Source of the DNA: Saccostrea cucullata
Taxonomy: Eukaryota
Assembly: GCF_032062105.1 (NCBI RefSeq)
Contig: NW_026926547.1
Coordinates: 186,001 to 250,000, forward strand
Length of the DNA: 64,000 bases
Direction of reading: 5' to 3'
The number at the start of each line of letters is the position of its first letter. Within the stretch, counting starts at the first letter, position 1. The notes beneath the pieces were generated by a model that saw only the letters and a program-made list of their open reading frames with translations, was not told where the DNA came from and searched no databases. Below, piece after piece: positions 1-13,091 of this stretch. The translations under genes were made by a program, and so were the position numbers.

Positions 1-2443
1 TTAATTATTCTAGTAGTTGTAATGTAAGTTGTTTTTATTCAGATAAAATATCAGTTTTTCTTCAACTCTGTGTTTAATTCTACTCTCAGTTAAAAAAAAA
101 ACGATCCTGATTTTAATTAGTTAATAATTTACAAGTTAATTATCTTTGATCTTCGGCTAATTCTTGCATAATCAATGCAATCAAATGACAGTTTCTCAAG
201 TTAAATCTTCTACCCTGACAGCCTGAGGCATGTTAATTAGCCAGGTGGCTGTGTGCTTGTGTTCAAGCGTGAAGTGATTTCCTGTCGTGAATTCACACTT
301 GGTTGCGTTATGTAAACAAGAGATTATCAGTATGCACTGAATAAACAGAACAGCTAAGGAATATTGCCTACACTGGGAATATTTATTAATTTTTTGTTAT
401 GAAAATAGGACATGGCGCCAAGAAAAGGGGGCATGGCTCTGTGCCTTGCTATTTTGCTTTAGATTTAACACTAAATTGACCCTTCTTCTTGAACTTTATG
501 GTCTATTATACGAGTCAACTTGTATACTAGTGATTAAAAAAACAAAAACAAAACAATATGGCTGACCAGAAATCTTTCTCATCTGTAATCGGAAAATTTC
601 TTAAAAACAAAAATAACGATTATAAGAAATGATTCCTAATAATTATTCTAGTAATTATCAAGGGTTTATTATATTGATTCCATATTACTTATTAGACTTC
701 GTACATAAATAAATTTCCTTAGACTGTTAAAAATATTTTATATTTAAAAATCGGCAATCTTCGTAAATAAGGAGCCATTTGATTGGTCAGATTTTAAAAT
801 TTTTCTTTGCTTTTCTCTGATTGGTTAACGGTAATTTACCCACGCCATTTTGAAAAATAGATCGACGAACCGAATTGAGAGAGTTGGTGATGTTTAATAA
901 AATTTAGCTAATATTCGCCGATGAAATTAGTAGAAAATAGATGTTTAGCTACAGGATGTTAGCATGGATCACATTTATAAACAAAGAAAAGCGAAAACGG
1001 AAGGAGGTTGGCGTTTTTTAAGCATCATGCCCTGGCTTTCCTTGTGTAAACAACGCCATATGCGGTAAGAATTTACATAAAATAGCACAGTAGTTTCAAT
1101 TTTTAAAATGTGAAATGTAGATTAATAAATGTTATCTTTTATAAACAATTTATAGTAGGTCAAATTAAATGCAGATATATTGGATTTGTGGCGAAAGAGA
1201 GTTTTGTAATGCTACTTTCCATCTTGAATTGTATGGATAATTACGGGCTTTCAATGGCAAATGATATTATTTACATGGACCAAAAATGACTTAAAAATTA
1301 ATTTCACCCTATCCCTCAGGCCTAAACATGGAATAATAACAGATAAAATCATCTTGGCATACAACCATTCAAATTTTGAAATGTGAAGGGGGGGGGGGGG
1401 GGGGAATCATTGAAACTAAACTTCATGGATTTATGGTTTAGCATACTTATAATTTATTTCAAAAATGACTTGAGAAGAAGGTGATAAGAAAGAATTTTTT
1501 TTGGCACAAACTAATTATTTTTTATATCAATATATGATGATCTGTATTTCCCTTGCCCAATATCACTTTAAGATTTCAAATCAAATGACCCCCCCCCCCC
1601 CAATAAAAGGGGGGGGGGATAATGGCTCAATTTGTAGAATATTTTGCCATGAAAAATTCCAATCAGGTGTATTGGCAGTTTTATATTTTCATTTTTTAAT
1701 GCTCTGTATTTCTACCTGTTCTGCAAAACATTTATCAGCATCATTACTTTTACAGTTTGAGTGCCTCTGCAGAGCCATAGAAGAAAAGCTGATTAGTTAT
1801 AGAGGAATAGGACACCCATCCACCCTCCCACCCTACCCCTTGAGGCATTACAGGTGTGTAACATTGACAATATCAGCTAATCGTGTGAAGATTTCTTTTT
1901 GTGTGTGTCTGTGCATCTAATTTTGATACACCTCGGTATATTTTGATATTCTATTTTGTAGATTATGCAGGACCAAGCAGGATGACAGTGAGAAAACTGG
2001 AGATGTACTTCTTCAACAAAGTAAAGTGCTGTGCAAAAGAAACCCCAAAGCAGAGAGAAGATCTAGACTTTTGAATTCATATCTCATTATAAATGTACAA
2101 TTTACAAAGACAATAAGATTGATAAAACATGACTTAGAAATGAGGACAATTGAAGAGTGAATACTGTATGTAAGACAGAAAAGATCAAGATAATTGCACA
2201 AAAAGTAACTAAATCAGTAATCTAAAGACATTTCTCTTTAAAATCTGATTGAAAGCTGCATTTAAGAAAAAGTTTTTCACGTTTTTAGTACTTTTCTAGG
2301 CACCTCTTTGTATTATTTAAAGCTTTTTTATGTACTTTTTGTCAATCATTCTTGTACCTTTTTTGAACTCCTAAATGTATTTTTTTTGTATTTTTCAGAA
2401 TGTATTATTTTTAGATTTTTTTTGTTTTAAATGCAATTTTAAC

Positions 2444-2925
2444 ACAGAAATAATAGACTGATACAAAATTAATACATTTTGTATTATTTTCCTATTTTTT
2501 TTTCGAGGTGCTCCAAATAATACAGAAATAATAGACTGATACAAAATTAATACATTTTGTATTATTTTCCTATTTTAATTTTCAAGTTGCTCCAAATAAT
2601 ACAGAAATAATAGACTGATACAAAATTAATACATTTTGTATTATTTTCCTATTTTTTTTTTCAAGGTGCTCCAAATGATACAGAAATAATAGACTGATAC
2701 AAAATTAATACATTTTGTATTATTTTCCTATTTTTTTTTTCAAGGTGCTCCAAATAATACAGAAATAATAGACTGATACAAAATTAATACATTTTGTATT
2801 ATTTTCCTATTTTTTTCAAGGTGCTCCAAATAATACAGAAATAATAGACAGATACAAAATTAATACATTTTGTATTATTTTCCTATCTTTTTTTTTTCAA
2901 GGTGCTCCAAATAATACAGAAAAAA
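2444..2925. repeat. AT-rich minisatellite, ~79-bp unit, 6 full copies plus a partial copy
   Basis: Unit ACAGAAATAATAGACTGATACAAAATTAATACATTTTGTATTATTTTCCTA(T)nCAAGGTGCTCCAAATAAT starts at about 2444, 2522, 2601, 2680, 2759, 2835 and 2916. Copies differ mainly in T-run length. Confidence 0.95.
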
Positions 2926-5900
2926 TACATCAAGTGTATTATTTTTGTATTTTTACTGAGAAATAAAGTATATTAAAAATATATTTTTTTGTGTTTCATT
3001 TCTAAGAAAGTGTATTATTTTTGACCTAATTTGGAACCAAGATAAAAAGGGTTCCAAATTTGGTCATTAAAAATATACTTTTTTTGTATTATTTTTGAAT
3101 TATTTTAATCTATTATTTTTATATTTATTTTCGATATGGGTATCTTCATTGTTATAACCAATATTTATTTTTAAATCGTACTCGTTAAAATGAGCAATTA
3201 TGTATCATACTTTATTATAATATTGTAATCATTTCGACATATTAACATATTATATTTTACTAGGCTGAGCCTCTATATTTATTTTAAAATGAATATTTTT
3301 TGTTAAAGAATTCAAATCTGTTATAAAATTTCAAGAACATGAAATAAAAAAAAAAAAACCCATAAAAACGCATCAAATATCATAACACCCATATCACAGG
3401 TATACAATTTTTTCCCCTCTCCATATCATGTAAGGGGGAATCGTGATCTTTTCAATTTTCTCTTTTTATTACATAAAAGTGTGCATGACAAAAACACTTA
3501 ATACAAGCAAGAAAAAATAATTTGTAAATGCCAGCTTTGAAAACCATAATAAACAACCCAAAATAACCTCCAACCCAAAAGTAGATAAAAATACCTGTCC
3601 TTGAACTTATCAAATATCCACCAGACAAAGACAGCAGACACAAGTTGCTATTTCATACCCAGGGCATGGCCTCATTTTCATTTCTGACACACTGCATGCT
3701 TTTGGAGGCCAGCAATATTAGCCCCCCTTAAAACCTATACCCTTGAAAAAGATCCATAATAAAAATCCCATTTCAAGTTTTATGAATTCCTATGTGTGCT
3801 CAATGAACTGGACACTAAGTGCAAAGCATTTTTCTGGCAAGTCATGTAACAGACAACCTTGTATTAAATGCATGGCTGTAAGAAAACTGGCGTAGATTGA
3901 AGTCTCCAAACTTTCGATGTTTTTTGATATACTTTGCTGAAAGCTGTGTTTTCAAACACTATAAAGTAGAATTTGACATAAACTTTTATTTTTATTAAAA
4001 TTAATATATTTTTTCATACTTAAAAATTGTAATCAATTCAAGATAATTGTCCAGTTTTTCAAAGATAAAATACAACAGCTTATTTTTTTTCTTAAAAAAT
4101 CATTCCATTTCTTTTTTAGTCACTGAATTTATATACTGTAATAATTGGCAGTTGTAAATATTTATAACATCCAATCCAAAGACAAACATCATACCACAGA
4201 AATTCAAGGCATTAGCAGATAATAATGGCCAAAAAAAAGAGACTATCGCAATATATCTAAGAAAAGAGATCAACAGAAGCTACAGAAAATCTGTGGATCA
4301 ATGCCTGACGATACACTACCAATCTGCCAGGAAATTAGATCTTCGTTAGTTAAAATTACGGCACAAGCCCTTTAAATTCACAAAGGCTGACATGACATTG
4401 CTCCTAAGAGTCACTTCCCTAGAGCTCATAAAATGTGCCAAATGTGGGGCCTTCCTGTTAAACATTTTGATGACACAGACAATTTTTTTTTTTGTAGGAG
4501 TGACGCAAAAAGTTAAATCGAGCTTAATGATTTTTCTTCCTCTCTTTAAAAAGTGTTCCATGTTAGGGAATCTCAAATAATTTTTCTCTTTGTACATGCT
4601 TCAAATTTCTTTAATTTTCTCTAAAAATAGTAACATGTAATCATTTGTTCTTTTACATCATTATAACGTTATCTGGGTCATAAGAGGAATTATTGGATTT
4701 CTTTTTTTCAAGTATGCTGGGATAAAAAGCAATTTACATTCAAACCCTTACAGCTGTCAATCAATAGCAATAGATTCCTTATCAAGATTTCCAGTCAAAC
4801 ACACTTCACAATATCAACAACAAAAATCAAACTCTGGTATATTTTTATCAGAAATTATTTGTGACAACACATTTTCCAAAAACATATAAGACATCTAAGT
4901 GCCCCAATGAATATTAATTATTATTTTTGAAAAGTCTTTTAAGCAGTCATTTCTGCAAGGAAATTTACTTTTATGAATTTTTATTTTCATTCCTAAGTGA
5001 GTAAAATGTTAGATCTCTGTTGATTTATTCCAAGATTATGCCCGGATTTCGTAGACAAAACTTAAAACTGTATAAAAATTAAAAAGAAATTGACATGTCT
5101 ATGAGTCTAGATCAACCATTTTCAATTCCTTTTGTTATAACACGTATTGCCCCCCCCCCCCCACCCCCCCTCTCTCTCACTAGTTTTTGAGACTTTTTAA
5201 AATTTCAGCTTGATAATCAAAGTGACTGATCAAAGTGACTGATTGAGATATGTAATAAAACTAAAAGTTCAATGTGTTTTTTTTTCTCTCTCTTCAAATA
5301 AAGTGTGGTATAGTGACATAAAAACCTAATATTGCTAATAAATCCTGTGAAATTAAGGCAATCAGCCTCCAGCATATAATAATCGAATTAACATTACGCC
5401 TGCTCTATATATCAACAAGTATAATTACACCAACAGAGAGAAAAAAAAAGAAACAATAAAGCAACACGGTAGTGTTAATGTACCGGTAAATCTTATAGTT
5501 TTCCCCTTTATCACCTGTCAATGCTTTCATAATCAGCAAATCAAACAAAATATATCCGAGAGACTGTTGCCAATCAATATTTGATCTTAGTGTCTAGGTC
5601 ATATCTAATAAATCAGGTCACGTCTATAAAAATTGTACCAATGTAGACATGTAAAACGCTACGAGTTAATCGAGATCACTACCGGTAAGTCTAGAGATCG
5701 AGGTCACGTTTCTTTTTAATTGTTCCAGCCTCAATGAAAAATTTAAGCTTGAGAACCAAGTTTTATACCCACAGAAAGGGAAGGTCTGCATCCGTAGGTC
5801 AAGTGCTCATCAAAATGTATGCCAAAATCAATGAATTGATCTCCTTTCAAGACATGCTGTATTATATTATACACTATACAGTTATATCTATTAAAGAGGT

Positions 5901-8900
5901 TCTCAACATCTCATTTTCATTTCACCATCCCATACTGCTGATGAACAAAAAACCTCAAGAAGCAAATAATACTGCTTATTCTGCACATGGTGAAAAAGTA
6001 TTCTAGGAATCTTATAAACTGGCCTTGAGAGTTTAGTAACCCGACATAAATCAACTAAATGTATCTTTTATTTCTAGAGGCACAGATGAAAAATGGCTTT
6101 GATGACTTAATCAATTAGTCTAAAATTAGAAATCTTAACTAATTAACCTTAAGGAATATCTATGTAGGTAAAAATACTCCAAAAACACTTCACTGAAGAC
6201 ACGACTATACCTATTTTAATTTTTCACTTTTACATGTACCCGTACTCGAAGACATTTTTGGCATCTTGAACATGCAGCACTGAGAGAAATTATATCCACC
6301 TAAGAGTACCAGAGAAATCAATTCAGTAGCAACGGAGCAACACAAGGCCGGTTCATTGACCCAGATAACCGAGTCGGTGCTGGAAGGAAGGAAACCAGTA
6401 GGCTAGAGCGAAGTCAACAACCTGAGATTTACCAGATCAAACGGGGGCCTCATCAGGTCTCGTCAGGTGAACGCACAATTCTATCTCTCTATTCATCCTC
6501 CCCAGCAAACTCAGGGCTAACATGTAGGACAAAAAGGGATTGTAAACTAACTTGAAAATGGGGCGATCTCTTGCCCTCTGGGTCTAAAAGGCCATGACCA
6601 CGTAGTCTGAATAAATTTTTACCTCAGTTGGCATTTTAATTAAAATAAATCCTTATATTTTAAGTTTTATACCTAATATCAAATCCATTTTACAATTTAT
6701 GCACAAAAAGAAAATTTTCTGTTGTTTCTTTTTTGTAACTTAAGATAAATGTAATACATGTATTACCTTGACCCTTGAATGACCTTGACATATAATACTA
6801 ATACCTCTTTTAATACTCTAACTTTTATTTTCTCCAATATTGAACAAAATAATTTATAAGTACAACATTTATTTCTGCTGGTTCCATTATACTAATTCTA
6901 AAATTATTAGGAAAACCCAGACAATATGAATTATACATATTGCTGTACAGTATCAGATATGTCTCATTTGTGACAATTTGATAAGTTTTGCTTTGGTGCA
7001 TGCAAGACCAAAAGTACAGAAGAAATTTACATGAACTCATATATCATTTACAGTACTGTACTCTAACTCTTAAATCATTTATTTTTACTTCTAAAAGGTC
7101 AAATTCTTCAATCATATGTCACTTACATAAAATTCATGATTATATTATATGATATAAATTGAGGCAAAAAGAAAAAAATGCTTAAATTGCTTAGTAAACC
7201 CCAACTCCCCTCTTTCGATCAACTGAGGTTTTTCTTGTTAATTTAAAAAACTACACAAAGTTATGTCCCACGGCCACCATTTTTTGCATAAATTTCTAAC
7301 TCTAAGAGTATTCAGTTGATCCTGCAAAGGACACAGCTTTGCAAGGTGGGGACTGGATTTTTACACACTCAAATTATTTGATAAATTTTAATAAAAATTC
7401 AATATGTTCCAATAGAATTTCTTTTTTTAATTCTGCGAATCTCCCTCGATCTCTCTATGCTTTGTTCTTCTAGGAGAATTATATGACAGACATGACAGGG
7501 AAGCCTTAATCTCGTTTTTCCTCAATCAATACGAGCAGGTTACTGTTACAGATTACACTACTGGGCCCTGATCTACAGCAACGACAGATGTCGACTAATA
7601 CAACAGATTAACACTTAGGTGGATCAAAGGATCTCAGGAATGGGATGACAGTGAGTACATGTGTGTATTCATGTATCTCCTTCGGAGCAGTTCTAGCTGA
7701 GAGAAAAGTAAGTTGTAAAGAGGTGTAGGACATGGAAAAGAGAAATTGTCTCTTTGAAAGATTTTGTAATTGTTGGTAATAACCATGGAGATCTGCTAGG
7801 ACAGAAAGGTAGCAGAAAGGTTGCAATTATTAAAACAAAAGAAAAGAAATTTAGTCTTCTTTGAAAGTATTCAATACAAATTCAAAATCTGATTACAAAT
7901 TCAAGGTTGCATGGATACAGGTATATGGGTATAAGTTTTGACATATTGCATTTTTTTTTTGGGGGGGGGAGGGAGGTGGGTAGCAGTGGTAAACACATTG
8001 TTTTACTTCAATTAGACTAATTTACCTCTAAGTATAACATACAGCATTAGACTTTGACTTTTACTTGTTATCATCTTTTTACTCTTGAAAAGCACAAACC
8101 ATTTTTTTTTCCATGGCAAAAATTATAGATTGGATGCACACTCCCAATGAATTAATTTGATACGTTACATCTATTTTAATTGGAATTGTTGAGTCTGGCT
8201 AAATCATATTGTGATATACCTATCTAATACATGCATTTAACATCATAATGATTAATGACCATAATTATTTTAATCACATCATTAAAAAAATTTAAAGTCT
8301 TTAAAATAATTAAAATAAATATTAATACGTAGCTGAACAATTTTTTTCTATACATATGTAAATTTAGGCACTTTAAATGCTCTTATGCAACAAAGAAAAA
8401 AAAACTCAAAACATAAACAAAGCGAACAATGTGAAGTAGATACTTAGCTGCACGTAAAATTATATACTGACAGAGAGAGATCAGTTTCATGTACATCAAA
8501 AGATAATCGTTCTGTCTAGCCCTTAAGAGATGTCTCAATTTACGAACATTATGCATGCGACTAGGGCTTCGCTCGACAGCGTGCAGAAGAAAAGGGGAAC
8601 ACTTATCTCTGCCTATCAAATGGGTCAAAAAACCTGCCACGAAAAAGTGATTATGTTTTTTTTTTTTAAAGCCACTCAGCAATTTTTTATCCTTGACTGA
8701 AATTCTTGCAATGGCCCTGCAGATAAAAAATATTAGCACCGAAAATAGCACCATAACTTCACAGCTGACAGTGAAATTGCATTGCGGAGAGGGAACGTGG
8801 ATAAAAATGTGTGAAGTTGTAGATTTCCCTTGGAACAGCTTTGGAAGATTTACGATTTTGCAGTTTGCACTGAGACTCAATATACATACATGCACAATCT

Positions 8901-9293
8901 ATAAATTTCAATATAGAGACTGAATTTAGAGATTTAGGATTTAGCAGTTTGCACTTATATAGACTTAATGTTATAGTAAGAAGTTCTTTAATTTGCAGCA
9001 AAAAAGGGAACTGTATCTTCAAAATGCTTACAGATACATTATAATGTAAGATAGCAAGAATTTTTGTTTTGATTCAATCATTCAAACATTATCACATATT
9101 GTGAGTCGATCCTTACAAGTAAAATTATATCAGGTTAGAAAGCAAGGATAGAGCATATTTAAATGCCATTGACCCTAATTCAAAGTTGACCATTAAGATA
9201 TTTATATTTTCATCATGTTCATTGACCTACGTTTACTTGTTTTAATATTTTCTCAACACTGCCACTAGGCAAAACAGCAGTTGACTTTATATT

Positions 9294-9296
<3 letters not shown>

Positions 9297-9366
<70 letters not shown>
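9297..9366. repeat. (TA)n microsatellite
   Basis: Directly visible. Confidence 0.98.
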
Positions 9367-9372
<6 letters not shown>

Positions 9373-9859
9373 TAATTTTGTTACAATATTGCAATTACTG
9401 AGATAGAGAGAAAGGAAAAAGAGAGAGAGAGATGTCCATAGTTAGCAAATGCACATATTTTCATTTATGATCAGTTTTTTTTTTTTTAAGAAACACTTTA
9501 CGTTACTGAGTGAATAAATTTTCTTTTCCTTTCCATAAATTTTCCCCCAAAACACCTGCCTAGGAGCAGGTAGTTAAACCAACAGGCATTGATTTTTAAA
9601 AAAGATATTGTGTCAACAAAATTCCTACTACAATTAGATTACATGCCTGTCAACTCTACCCATTTACGTGAAAGAACTTGAACCCAAACTAAAGGGACAG
9701 ACAAAGCTTATGTTCCTATATTACACTGTACTGGCTTAAATTACAAATTACTATTTTTTGAAAAAATGAGTAAGTTTATCAAGTTTGTTAAAATTTCTTC
9801 AATCCATGTGATTGATTGTACATATCTCTTTTTATTCCTCCCCCCCTCCCACACAACCC

Positions 9860-10933
9860 CATCGACCCATCCTCACCCCACCCCAACTATTGTACGGTAT
9901 ATATGCTTGCAATAAAATATACAGATATCATGGGTATAGAATTGTAATATCTTAAGCATGAAAATCTGCAATCAACATTAAAATCAAACTGTCAATGCTA
10001 TAAACATGATAAATGCATTAATTCTTCCTAGTAGAAAGTCAACTTTGGGGTGGGGGGTCGCTTCTGCCATGAGGAGTAAAGTGGCCTAAACACCTTGCCT
10101 GGCTAGCAAAGAATTGGCATCTGCATGATCATTACACTCCTAGTTCACTGTGTGCAACCAGCATTGTTTTCTGCATAATACCAAGAACTAATAAATGAAA
10201 ATCTTTATTGCTGCAGCTAGGAGATGCCCGAGATTATATTGTAAATATAAAAGTCTCAGTTGGTGACAATTAATACCATGAATACTGTGCATAGAGAGAG
10301 GGAACAGCTGCTACAAGCTGGGGAAAAATGTGCTGTGCATACATGTGCAATTCAAGTGTGCACTTCAAGTTAAACATATAAAGAGTGCAAGGCATCTCGA
10401 TCATTCAATATATTTATAGAAGCTTATATGAATTACGTTCATTGAGATTTGAGTCATGTAAGTATCTCGAAAATGAATTGTGCACACTGCCCACTCAACA
10501 TATATTTAGTCCATGTATTTATCCCTTTTTAGTTCATGATTCATTTATAACCACTTATCAACATGATCAATGTCATTTATGTGTCAATTAATGTCAAGAT
10601 TAGTTTTTGAAAAAAAAAAAATCCAACAATATTCAATTCTGCCATTGTCTGCTGAAAAATAAAAGCTCAACTATGTCAATTAAAATATCTTTTTTTTATC
10701 TTGAAGCTTTTGGTTACCCTCTCTCCCAAGTACGGATAGGGTGGGTATTATTATTTGCAAAAGTGGTTTAATTAATTCATCCAAACATGAAATAACCGCA
10801 TATACCATATCAAAAGTCTGAAAAAAGTTATGACACTGAAATAATACTAGAAATGCATCAGTGAACTCTTCCGCCATTGTAAGAGAATATTTAAGAGTCT
10901 TGCACTTGATCCTGTTTAAAAATGGATTCTGTG
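9860..10933. repeat. Copy 1 of a ~1.1-kb inverted duplicated segment (partner 30988-31760 + 35119-35378)
   Basis: Reverse-complement match by eye. The near-identical spurious ORFs MAEEFTDAFLVLFQCHNFF... at 10680-10877(-) and 31051-31248(+) mark the pair. Confidence 0.92.
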
Positions 10934-12242
10934 GTCATCCGACGCTCCCTTTTTGTGTTTGCTTTCATTTTTTATTATCAAGGTAAACATAACCCCTCCC
11001 CCATTGAAAACCACAGAGACCTCAGGGTTGGAATTCTGTCACAAAGTTCAAAAGGTTAACAAGAGCATTCATCTCTTGTGTAATTTCAAAACTCATCTGG
11101 CATATACTTCAAATCCAATTTACAATGAAATTGTTTTATATATATAACATAATATTGATTTCTTTTTTTAACCTTTATTAAATATAAGCTGCATTAGCAT
11201 TGTTTTATATATTCATACTTCTTATTCAATTGTTTTGTTGTTGATCTATTTTTTTTTTTTAATGAGCCCATCCTTAACCTAAATTTTATTTTTTTTATTT
11301 CGAGCTTTAAAAATAACCAGAGAAAAATATCCCTTGATAGAGGATATGTCAAAAAATGAACATGTGTTGAAAATCAAATCACTGGTATGTCTAAAATCTT
11401 GCAAATTGCAAAAAATACTTATTTATGTTTTTTTTTCTTAAAAGCATGATCAGAAAAATTTGATGATCATATCTGCATACTTCTAAGAGCTCCCATTATG
11501 GGCTTATCTACAATGGGACAATGTGTGTACACTTGACGATAACCACACAAGCTGACTAGACATCACTGCTCCCAGGAAAAAAATCATCCAGGATATGTAA
11601 TATTTTTTTCAAATTTTCCATGCAATTGTGTATGCAACTTCCTTGACTCCATTACAAAATTTAAAATAAAAATTTTAAAAAATAAGGATATTTTTAAATG
11701 AATGCCATAATACAATTTTAAAAAATTTTAAAAATTGGTTGTCGTGCTTATTTAACATTGTTAAACATGTGACTGTTTATAATGCTAAACCTCAACATTT
11801 TATGTTTTTTTTTCTAACCGCCCCCTTCCCCCCACTGAAAAAAATACCCCACTCTTTATTTATTTTCTTTAAGGGCCAATGGGATGATTAAATTTCAAAT
11901 ACTAATACTAAGACATTCATTTATCTATTACACCACAATGACTTGAATTATACAACTATCAAACATGATATGAAGTAAAAAAAATCTTTGATTAAATTAA
12001 AAAAAAATTACCCCCCCCCCCCCTCCAACCCATTGAAAATCTTCATAATCAATGACACAAAGACCTTAATGTGTATTGGGGAACCCAATAAATGTTTCAT
12101 GCAGAAATCGATAGACTGACAACGAGACAATGTGTATCAAATTCAATTTCCCCTTGGTGGCCCCACAGCAAAAGTCTTTGTCCAAAGAAAGTATGTGCAG
12201 CATGTTTTACCCTCTGCAGAAAGAAATTCTAAGCAAACTTAC

Positions 12243-12559
12243 ACATCTGCCTTCTCTGCCTTCGAAAGCCTCCTTTTCCTCCTTTGAGGCTCTGACCCCG
12301 ATGACCTTCTGTCCCCCCGGGATCGGAGGGTGGGCATTGAAGTGGCTGGCTCAATGAACGAGGAATTCTTCACTGAGCCGTTCAGTCTGCAAAGTTTCTC
12401 GATTAATCCACCATTTTTACCCAAGCACTCACAAGATTTCTCATCAAAGCAAAATGAGCGATTAACTCCACTTTTCCGGCAAAAATCGAGCACCTGTGCC
12501 CCATCTTTTGCCATAGCTTCCTTCCCGCGGTCCCTTTCAAGGCACCCGACGGCCGCCAT
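12243..12559 (-). CDS. First coding exon of an unidentified gene (MAAVGCLERDRGK...RRKRRLSKAEKADV); downstream exons not found, probably beyond the window start
   Basis: GC-richer open frame with a caagATGGCGGCC start context. It ends at a consensus GTAAGT donor (GT at 12242-12241, phase 2), has a basic NLS-like RRKRR motif, and sits next to a CRE/CCAAT promoter. Confidence 0.75.
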
Positions 12560-12660
12560 CTTGTACACCTTCGATGTGACGTCACGTTAATTGGAGAGGA
12601 TTTCCTCTGCTGGTGCGTCAATTGACGTCATGTATGGGGGTTTCCTCAGATTCGAGCGTG
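12560..12660. promoter_or_regulatory. Compact bidirectional promoter with two full CRE palindromes, a CRE half-site and a CCAAT box
   Basis: TGACGTCA at 12577-12584 and 12623-12630, TGCGTCA at 12614-12620 and ATTGG at 12590-12594, all between two divergent first exons. Confidence 0.75.
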
Positions 12661-12824
12661 CGGTTGAGCTAGCCTTACTTCAAGATTTTACGAAAGTAAT
12701 TTATGAGACAAAAACTGGAAGCATTTGTAAACGAAATGAGAATTTTACATCCAAATATTTTTCATTCTTCAAATTAAGTTCCCGCATTTGTGTTTTTGAA
12801 GCAGCTTATTTAGTGTATATATAG
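12650..12824 (+). other. Probable non-coding first exon of the NEF1-like gene (5' end approximate)
   Basis: AG|GTAAGT donor at 12824/12825. The matching acceptor is TTTTTTTCAG at 13070 (CAGCAG tandem acceptor), just upstream of ATG 13092. Confidence 0.65.
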
Positions 12825-13091
12825 GTAAGTTATGTAGTATTAAACAAAGAGATTAATATAGTGTAAAATAACAATCAGGACTGAAATTAAAGTTTCTATG
12901 CATAAAATGGTTTGAGAAAATTCGGAATGAGTCTCTGCAAAATTACCATTTTCACTGTACCCACATTAAGCATTTGTTAAAAGTATATTTTTATGATTTA
13001 GGATTAATCACAAGCTAAGAATACATAGAACTTGTGCACTATAAAAATTCCTTTATTTGATTTTTTTCAGCAGAGTCTTCAGAATAAAAAA

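Noticed and set aside
1501-1920. 139-aa ORF (likewise 8383-8895, 33726-34076, 37777-38157, 49330-49641, 53003-53257)
   Set aside because: Chance ORFs in introns, repeats or homopolymer/microsatellite tracts, with no domains or splice support.
2444-2925. Regularly spaced repeats resembling a CRISPR array
   Set aside because: There are no unique spacers, as the whole unit repeats. The context is eukaryotic with no cas genes.
10680-10877. Duplicated 65-aa ORF (also 31051-31248) as a small protein family
   Set aside because: Similarity extends equally into non-coding flanks, so it is a by-product of the inverted duplication. No recognisable motif.
12243-12559. Assigning a gene name to the minus-strand first exon
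   Set aside because: Only a low-conservation N-terminus is visible, and I cannot recognise the family.
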